A stretch of 63,737 bases of DNA, counting the filler, from Globobulimina sp. (Eukaryota), in assembly GCA_003354225.1 (NCBI GenBank). It is 16 parts of 16 records of this genome, joined end to end, with 100 filler letters (N's around TTAATTAATTAA, not from the genome) between each part and the next. Parts side by side here need not be neighbours in the genome. Positions count along the whole stretch, not along the records: positions 55,868 to 59,752 come from PIVH01001932.1; positions 59,853 to 63,737 come from PIVH01001933.1; 14 more parts are not named here. One strand, written 5' to 3'. Each line of letters starts with the position of its first letter. Position 1 is the first letter of the stretch. This document shows, piece by piece, positions 56,099 to 63,737 of this stretch. The notes under the pieces were generated by a model. It did not search any database, had not been told where the DNA came from, and worked only from the letters and a program-made list of their open reading frames with translations. Position numbers and translations under genes: made by a program.

Positions 56099-56559
56099 TC
56101 AATATTATACGGAAGGGGTTTTATTATTTTATTTGTTTATTTCAAGTATGTTATTTTATATTTGTTGTTATGTTGTTTGGTATTTGTTATTAGGTATAAT
56201 AAATTATAATATAATATTTCCCCCCGTTGTTCACAGTGATTATACTTTCAAATCTTATCTCATCATATCCTAAACACACACATAGATATATTATATATTA
56301 TTTATATATTGATTGGATAACAAACAATCAAAAGTTTTGACTGTATTTATAATTAAGGAATAAGATTAAAACACTATGTTGTATTCGTGGAACAAGGGTT
56401 TTGATTGGTGACCTAATTTAATTCTTATTTATATTTCTATATTATTATCTTACTTCAGTTTTTATCTTACTTCAGTTTTTATTTAAGTCTTTAAAATTGT
56501 TTTGTTTCCTTGCATACGTAAGACACCCAAACCTATATAGAATTAATTATATTATCACT

Positions 56560-59434
56560 ATGTCCTTTCACTTCAATGTTAGCAATGCATTAAATGGAGT
56601 TAACATGAAACAAGCAACAGCATTAAGAATAGTTAAAATGACCACACCGCCGAGCACTCTTAGCAGCACAGAACCTGATGCAACAATTTCGAATCGTCTC
56701 ATTAATCAATATGATGCAATCAATTTAGGTTTTACATTCATTAAACATACAAGACCCAAAGTAAAGAATGATCCGACAAAAGGCCTTGATATTGGCTTTA
56801 CAATCGCAAAAAATGGTGATTCAACGCAAGAATTTCGTGAATTACGTTTATTAACAAGCAATTTATTAATCGTGGATGATCAATCTGATCCGCTATGGAC
56901 AAGAACCGATGCGAATCATCGCGCATTTCCGCAATCCTCAGACGATTATAAGATGAAATTTGTGCGAAGAATTAAAGAACAATCAATCAATATTATGACA
57001 TCAGAATTAGTAAATTATTTAACACAGCACACATATGCAACATTACAAGTCATTGAAACCTTATTAACCGCAACGAGAGGAACGCCGAATAATTATAATG
57101 AAGAACAAGTATTAGAATTCACAAAAGCATCCCAAACGTTCGTTCAATTTAATCAATTCGTGGTCGATGCAAATAAAAATAATAGCACTTACAAGAATAC
57201 GGCGAGTCGCAAATTATATGTTTATTATGGATTAACAGAAACTACGATGGCATTCAAAGCAATAAACTTTAAACCAGATTTTAAAAATATTGATGCATTA
57301 ATTGCTGAATTTATTGAGCCTCTTAACAAAGAGCAAGAATATAATTTATATAAAGAGAAGATTTTATCATCGTTTCCAAAACAAAAAGACAACAACAACA
57401 ACACCAATAATAACAATAATAATACACAGTCAACGACGAGTAACAATAATCAAAACAATGCATGGTTTAATAATTTAGATCAAGTCCATAACGGAGGTGC
57501 GGGTGCAGGGAACAACAAAACTCCGTCGTTATTAGAAAAATTAAATAAAGGCAATAAACAACGTGAATTGGCAGAAAACATTAGCAGTCAAAGGAGCGTC
57601 GATCGTAATCTCAATGTAAATGTAAAAAATGATCGTTTCAATTCGAATTTAATTAATAATGCAAATAATGTGCAAGAAAGTGTCCGTAATGACATCAAAA
57701 CTAACAACAAAGCAGCATTAGTCTCAGGATTAACATTCATGCATCCTGGCATTGAGGATGATGATGATATAAATTTTACAGAATTAATCAACAAATATGG
57801 TGGTAACCATGTAACGGATGCTGACATTCGTCAATCTTTGATGAAGAGTATGTGTCTCTTCTTTTCGTATACTCTGTCTTTTCTGTCCGTAAATATGTAT
57901 TGTTGAAAATATTTTCGTTTTTGGTGTGCATTTTTAGTATCTGACAGTTGTTTAAATATGTTCAACTTTTCTATATTTGTTGTATACGCAAACCTTGTTT
58001 TATACAATAAAAGTAAAAAACTGTCAAAGTAAAACATTACTAAAGTGAATATTTTAAAAAAACCCCTCCCTTATTCCTCAACAAACTTTAGATTATTATG
58101 ATTTTATGGAGTATAAGAAGGATCAAAATGAATTAAGTAATCAAATTAATGGCAATCTATCAAAAAAGAAACGCACTTCGGCACAAATTGCATATTATCG
58201 TTTATGTACAACAGGAGGTGCTCCTATCATTAATATATTACGTTATTTTGCATTAATTGGTGAAATAAATTGGTCGCATAAACACAACAACATTGATGCA
58301 GCAATTAGTAGTTTTATGAAAGAAGATAATGCAACATATCAATGTGCATTAATGATTTCAACGTCATTATCAGAATTAAGTGAAATTCATCGAAATAAAG
58401 AAGCTGCAAAAGATAAACAATTAGCCGCAACTATTCAGAGTGCATATTTACACATTGCGAGCCTGCAATGGATGGCATTCGCAAAATTTATGCAAAAAGA
58501 ATTAGCATTGATATTAAAAGGAGAGGAAGGTTTGAAAGCGTTGAACCACTTTCTATTGAAAAGAAGGAAAGAAATTTTAGATCGAGGCAGCGTCGCTGGC
58601 ACTGATTTAAGTGAAAGGAACACATTAAACGAATGGAAATTATCTCTCCTATCAACAGAACATTACAATAGCAAAGCAACGAGATTATTCAATGCAAATT
58701 TATCAAATACACAGTCAATTCCCGCCAACAACACTCCAACACAAAAACCGTATATTCCAAGACGTCAACCAAGATATCGTGGAGGCAGAGGTCGTAATGG
58801 CTATGGTGGTGGACACAGAGGTGGTCCAAGAGGTGGTTTTCGAGGTCATCGTGGTGGAGGTCGTGGTGGCTACGGTGGTGGACACAGAGGTGGTCCAAGA
58901 GGTGGTTTTCGAGGTCATCGTGGTGGTGGTTATCGAGGCCATAATGCAAGAGGTAACAGAGGCGGATATCGCGGTGGATATCAAGGTAATAATCAACATC
59001 AATACAATCAAAATGTGAATAACAATGGTAATGATTATCAGCAGTCGCAATATGAACAAAATTATCAACAATCTCCGCATCAACAACAACGAAATAACTA
59101 TCAACCACCGGCAAAAAGAGGTAAATTCAATCAAAGTGGATATAATCAAAACAATTCTGGTTATCAACAAAATAATAATCAACAAATTATGAAAAAAGAA
59201 GTAAACACTCAAAAGATGCAATGTTACCATGTAAGAAATGGCATACTTTATGGTGGACCAGAATTGGTTCAATATATTTGTGCGTATCACGAAAAAGGCA
59301 GATGTTTCTATAGTCAATGTCATGAAAGATGCGATTGGCATCATATGTGCAGATTTTGTTTTGCAATTGATCGACATATCGGTGATAGATGCGATAGTCG
59401 AGGAAGTGGAAGTGTTTATGGTTACGGCAGATAA
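56560..59434 (+). CDS. Gag-like protein with RGG repeats and C-terminal zinc fingers; intron 57848-58091
   Basis: A 244-nt GTATGT...TTTAG intron joins ORFs 56497 and 58106 in frame (LMKN/YYDFM). Ends CAYHEKGRC...CDWHHMCRFC...HIGDRC. Confidence 0.72.
58799..58930 (+). repeat. 69-nt coding tandem duplication (RGG box)
   Basis: GYGGGHRGGPRGGFRGHRGGG occurs twice with near-identical DNA. Confidence 0.9.
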
Positions 59435-59852
59435 AGATATTGCATTATATATATTTCATCATTGACAGTTATAATTTTACACTATTATTTTCTTTTTATA
59501 TTATATATTTGCAGTGTATATATATATTCTATTATAGTTATTAGATTTATTTATTTATTTTATTTGTGGATATTATTTGATTTGTGGTCTATTAATTGAT
59601 TTGTTGACATTTTAATATATATTCAAATTTATTTATTTTATCAATTAATAATCGCTGGGGAGGGGTAAATTGTATGTCACGCATTTTTTTACTAATATAT
59701 AATATATATATTATTACTAATATATATATTATAACTAATATATATATTATATNNNNNNNNNNNNNNNNNNNNNNNNNNNNNNNNNNNNNNNNNNNNTTAA
59801 TTAATTAANNNNNNNNNNNNNNNNNNNNNNNNNNNNNNNNNNNNNNNNNNNN

Positions 59853-60204
59853 GTTGGAAGTATTTGGCACACATTACACGGAAATCCTCGCCGTCTAAGT
59901 AATAATTGTGGCCACTCGATTCATCGCAATTATATTCTAATATTAATTGTTGCTTTAAGAGATGTAACTGGTGGTACGATTGTTTTATTATTTCATTGTT
60001 TCGATGAGTTTGTTCGTCATTTAATTGTAATTGTTTTTCATCCGCAAGTAAGGAGGCCCGTAATTCAGTTAACTGTGCGATTAACTCTGTTTGGGGCATT
60101 CCGTACTTTTCTCTAAAGCGCTCCTTGTATACTGCGATTTTACGCTCTGCTTCTTTTGCTTTTTTTAATGCTTCAGAGAGTGCAGTAGAAACAGCAGATG
60201 CCAT
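59853..60204 (-). CDS. Coiled-coil hypothetical protein, 3'-partial
   Basis: ATG at 60204, heptad-rich, divergent from the YEATS gene with a 50-nt gap. Confidence 0.55.
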
Positions 60205-60254
60205 GATCAGAGTGAATAACTTGAGCAAGGAAAATCAGACAATTGCAAGCTATA

Positions 60255-61608
60255 ATGAAGGTCTCTAAAGTGCGAAAAATTGATGCAGAAACAACAGAAT
60301 TGAAAGAAGAACTGTATATTGGTAATTTGCATCACACCTCGACACACATTCATAATGCTCATTGTTGGGCAATGTTTATATCAACATCACCGACAGATGT
60401 TGTACCTCCCATTACCATTAAATCTGTTAAATATCATTTACATGAAACATTTCGCCCAAATACCATAACTGTCGAAGAACCACCATTTTATTTAGCTCGT
60501 AGAGGATGGGGGTATGTGTTACTTATATTTCATTGCAATTGTATTGGGTACTATCAATTCAATGTCATAATACACAGATATTTTGATGTTATAGCTGGTA
60601 TATACAGTATTACGTTCATTACATTTTTAATTTGAAACACATGCATGCCAACAATATGCAGATATTACCTTTAAATCGGAATATTGTTCAAAAGCAGAAG
60701 AAAATAAAACAATAACAGCAGTACATTCAATTCATTTTGGTTCACCATTATTGACTCACGACATCCAAACCAATCTACCATATATTATCTGCTCTGCTAA
60801 ATTACAGAAAGATATCGCCCGGCAACGAGAGCAAGGTGTTGCAAATAGTTCGGGTGATTTTGTCACAAAACAATACGTTCCTGAAATAGTACTGAGCGGA
60901 TTCTCTTTGACAAGGAAACAACTCAAAGATGTATTGAATTCGAGCATTAGTATACCTCAAGAAGTTATAAATGTAATTGTTGAATACGTGTCAATATTTT
61001 CAATTGGTGACACTAATAATAATGCGGAGGGATTATCTCAATTATTGTCGACGAGAGTTGTGTTAAACAATTGTTTTGCAGTTGAATTTGTTGTTCATTG
61101 TCCCATATTGGAATTGGTGGTCATGAATTGTGGTGGCTGCGACATACAATATTCCAATATAGAAAGGTCAGTAAGGATTAAAAATTCAAAGTCAATAAAT
61201 CTATATAACAAAGGTGAATGTACTAGTTATCGCTTTGAGAAATGTGATGCTATAAATGTTGAAGCATTGGACAGCAGGAAAAGAGTTGTATTTATGTCGT
61301 TATTTAGTGAACGTTTATGCTTTAAAATGTTCAACGCCTATTTTCCAAATGATTCATCGAAATGTGTTGATCAGTTCCCTGTTTATGATGATGTTGTAAT
61401 TGGAAAGGAGGCAAATGTGCACGTGGCGGATCCGGATTCATTGAAGCAAACAAAAGGTGGAATTATCGATGGATGGAAGAAATGGTTTGTTGAAGGAAAT
61501 GATGAATGTTATTTGACAATTTTTAGAAAAGATAGAAATGTTTCTACATTTGGAAGGAAGACAAAGTTTTCAATTGGTGTTGGAACAAGTATGATACCAT
61601 TAATGTGA
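60255..61608 (+). CDS. YEATS-domain protein fused to a C-CAP-like beta-helix; introns 60512-60577 and 60598-60661
   Basis: IGN...HCWAMFI...IKSVKYHLHETF...EPPFYLARRGWG/YFDVIA/DITF. The 20-nt micro-exon 60578-60597 completes the domain in frame with ORF 60751. Confidence 0.82.
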
Positions 61609-61714
61609 ACAAAAAATGTTTAATTGCTGTGTACTTTGAAGGTAGAAAGTAGTTGAAAGTTGAAAGAATTTTTAGTAGAAAACATTTTAACTCGCACTAA
61701 CATCCTGACAATTT

Positions 61715-63373
61715 TCAACATTCTGCAAGTTGATCAAGTTTGGCAATAAATTCGTCATCCCATTCATCATCAAAATCAAATTGAAATTCATCTGATTTAT
61801 CATCATCATCATTAATCTTTTGCCTTTTGGCATTAATTGGTGATATTATCTCTTTTTCAGCAGCATCAATATCATCAGAAAATAATTGAATTAAATCTCT
61901 TTTCAATGATTTGTTTGAATTTGATTTATTTGGCACATTATCCGATTCCGATGTTATTGATATTGGAGTTTTAAATAAAATATTTTCAATTAACGGGGTT
62001 GTATTTTTATTCTCTTTCTCTTCCATTTCAAATAAATATGCGGGGATATGAATTGGTGGCGATATAAAACGTTTGCAATCCGGATCAAAACATTTTTGTT
62101 GAACAATTTTCTGTTTACATTTTACTTGAAAATATATACAATTACTTTTATGACATCGTGCGATATTCATACAAAATCTATTCTTTTCCACTGAATACAA
62201 AATGCATGATATTTCTTTCAATAATGTCCATTTTGTAATTTTACCTTCATTTCTTTCGCCATCATATAATACATTCTCACAATTTATATCTTTTGGTATT
62301 TTATTCATTGTATCAATCCATGGACACGTTGCACGACACCAATTATTTACAATTCCTTTCATCCAATCATCTAACAATGGATATGGCGATGATTCTAAAT
62401 TTATATTATGATTATTGTGATTATATGACAATGACTTGCAATATGAATAGAAGTCTCCTTCGAATTGTATAATTTGCGTATTTTCATCAATATCAACAGC
62501 ACAAATTAATGTATCTAAAAAATCAATAAATTTCTGTTTAAATGTTGGTTTGTGACAACAATGCGATTTTATTTTCCTATTTTGATTGGCTGCATAGCCC
62601 AAATATGTACTATTACAGTTACCACTGCTACTGTTATTATGTATATTTTTTAATTTTGATGAATGAATAAGTCGAAAACATCGGTTTTTTGTATATACGG
62701 CTTCATCAATAAATAATATCCGATTACAATCTGCGCAATTTTGCGGATCCATGTTATAAATAAATAACTGATCAATTTCTGAATAATGACGCAATCCTTT
62801 TTTACTTTTACTAATTTCTCTCATATCATCACACATTTTGCGCACAAATATGCCACATTGCTGATTATTTTTAAACACTGCGTTTGTTGGAAATATTATA
62901 ATTAAATGACGTGAAAATTTAACATTTGTCGATGACTCTAAATCAATAATATCCGATTTGGTTATTGTTATATTTAAGTGTTTCAAAATATATTCTATTA
63001 AAAAATTGATAAATATATTCATTAATTTTTGTCCATTTGTATTTTTATTATATTCTATTTTATATTCAATATCGAAATATAATTTACATTTAAATCCTTG
63101 TCGAATCACTTCATAATAACATCTATCTTTGGCTTTCATTGATTTATATCTTTTAAAAAAATGAATATAATTTGTGACTAAATAATTTCTTTTACCGTAT
63201 GCATTATCATAATAGATTTCTTTTGCGAATATTTGTAAGTTTTGATTAAATAATTTTTTTCGAAGATTAGACATTTCAAATGCTTGCAATTGTGTATTAA
63301 ATACCGACCATATCGGTACAGAATGTCGACACTCAAATATATCCAATTCTATTATTTTGTATCGGATTGTCAT
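61715..63373 (-). CDS. PRIMPOL: DNA-directed primase/polymerase PrimPol
   Basis: YYEVI...CKLYFDIE (motif I), KFSRHLI (motif II), FIDEAVYTKNRCFRL (motif III), UL52-type zinc finger RFCMNIARCHKSN...QKCFDPDC, acidic tail. Start uncertain. Confidence 0.93.
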   Translation of the reverse strand: MTIRYKIIELDIFECRHSVPIWSVFNTQLQAFEMSNLRKKLFNQNLQIFAKEIYYDNAYGKRNYLVTNYIHFFKRYKSMKAKDRCYYEVIRQGFKCKLYFDIEYKIEYNKNTNGQKLMNIFINFLIEYILKHLNITITKSDIIDLESSTNVKFSRHLIIIFPTNAVFKNNQQCGIFVRKMCDDMREISKSKKGLRHYSEIDQLFIYNMDPQNCADCNRILFIDEAVYTKNRCFRLIHSSKLKNIHNNSSSGNCNSTYLGYAANQNRKIKSHCCHKPTFKQKFIDFLDTLICAVDIDENTQIIQFEGDFYSYCKSLSYNHNNHNINLESSPYPLLDDWMKGIVNNWCRATCPWIDTMNKIPKDINCENVLYDGERNEGKITKWTLLKEISCILYSVEKNRFCMNIARCHKSNCIYFQVKCKQKIVQQKCFDPDCKRFISPPIHIPAYLFEMEEKENKNTTPLIENILFKTPISITSESDNVPNKSNSNKSLKRDLIQLFSDDIDAAEKEIISPINAKRQKINDDDDKSDEFQFDFDDEWDDEFIAKLDQLAEC

Positions 63374-63737
63374 GATTAATCTATTAAATATACACAATTA
63401 AACAAACGTACGTTGTTTGACTAACGGTGACTCCATATCCATGATCAAAACTAGTATTTTCAAAAAACAGTATGAATGAATGAATTAGTGTGCTCTTCGG
63501 ACCTATTCCACAAAAAAGCACCTCGAGAATTAGCACCACCACAAAAAGTATATACTCTGTTTCATCATAGAAATGAATGGTAATGAAAAAATGACCAATG
63601 ACAGGCATCATAATAATCCATAATATCCAAAATATTATCTCTCCGATGGTTTACTAAGATTAAACTGTATATTCATTGCATGACTGCATGTATGATATTG
63701 AGAACAATCAATTTTGAGCTAAATTTAATACTGCGAA

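Larger units (their letters stand above)
55868..59752 (+). mobile_element. DIRS/Ngaro-like tyrosine-recombinase retroelement fragment
   Basis: YR C-terminus followed by a gag-like gene with DIRS-type CCCH+CCHC fingers. Confidence 0.72.

Noticed and set aside
58689-59377. Antisense and alternate-frame ORFs over gag as an overlapping pol
   Set aside because: Low-complexity shadows of the RGG and Asn/Gln repeats; no RT (YxDD) or RNase H motifs.
3896-59852. TTAATTAATTAA recurring every ~3.99 kb as a biological repeat
   Set aside because: Always embedded in N-runs totalling exactly 100 nt between size-sorted contigs; an artificial linker. ORF ends reading XXXLIN are artefacts.
59853-63737. Giant-virus origin for PrimPol and other AT-rich genes
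   Set aside because: PrimPol looks like the cellular type, the neighbouring gene has spliceosomal introns, and no NCLDV core genes were seen.
1-63737. rRNA, tRNA or structured ncRNA genes
   Set aside because: None recognised by eye. tRNAscan-SE and Infernal were not run, so small RNAs cannot be excluded.

Overview
This window is not one locus. It is 16 unrelated contigs of 3,885-3,895 bp, sorted by decreasing length and joined by identical 100-nt spacers (N-run/TTAATTAATTAA/N-run), so adjacency across a spacer carries no biological meaning. Fourteen contigs are mostly AT-rich eukaryotic DNA with compact genes and short GT-AG introns (mostly 53-74 nt). The gene families (CAP-Gly, 7TM-RGS, Cys-rich secreted proteins, ART-like, SOCS/F-box-like motifs) suggest a foraminiferan or other rhizarian; that assignment is inference. 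Recognisable host genes include a nucleoside hydrolase, a STAT-like SH2 protein, a Dispatched-like protein, a Nudix hydrolase, Snf7/CHMP4, MFS transporters, an MscS-like channel, CD36, an atypical Ras, a YEATS fusion and PrimPol. One contig (7991-11885) is from an anaerobic bacterium, probably Desulfobacterota, and carries three different inverted-repeat elements. One contig (11986-15879) is a Bacteroidota-type phage tail module with a META-lipoprotein moron. At least two contigs look chimeric. The most interesting leads are: (1) a DIRS/Ngaro-like retroelement fragment in which the tyrosine recombinase end precedes an intron-containing gag and no RT follows; (2) an intron-containing pogo-like transposase with a candidate right end abutting a broken host gene; (3) a PEX8-like protein ending in SKL; (4) a TAA1/alliinase-like fragment; (5) inverted octamer-array elements between convergent bacterial genes; (6) a recurring SOCS-box-like motif on unrelated proteins. 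All family calls come from motif recognition by eye; no searches were run.
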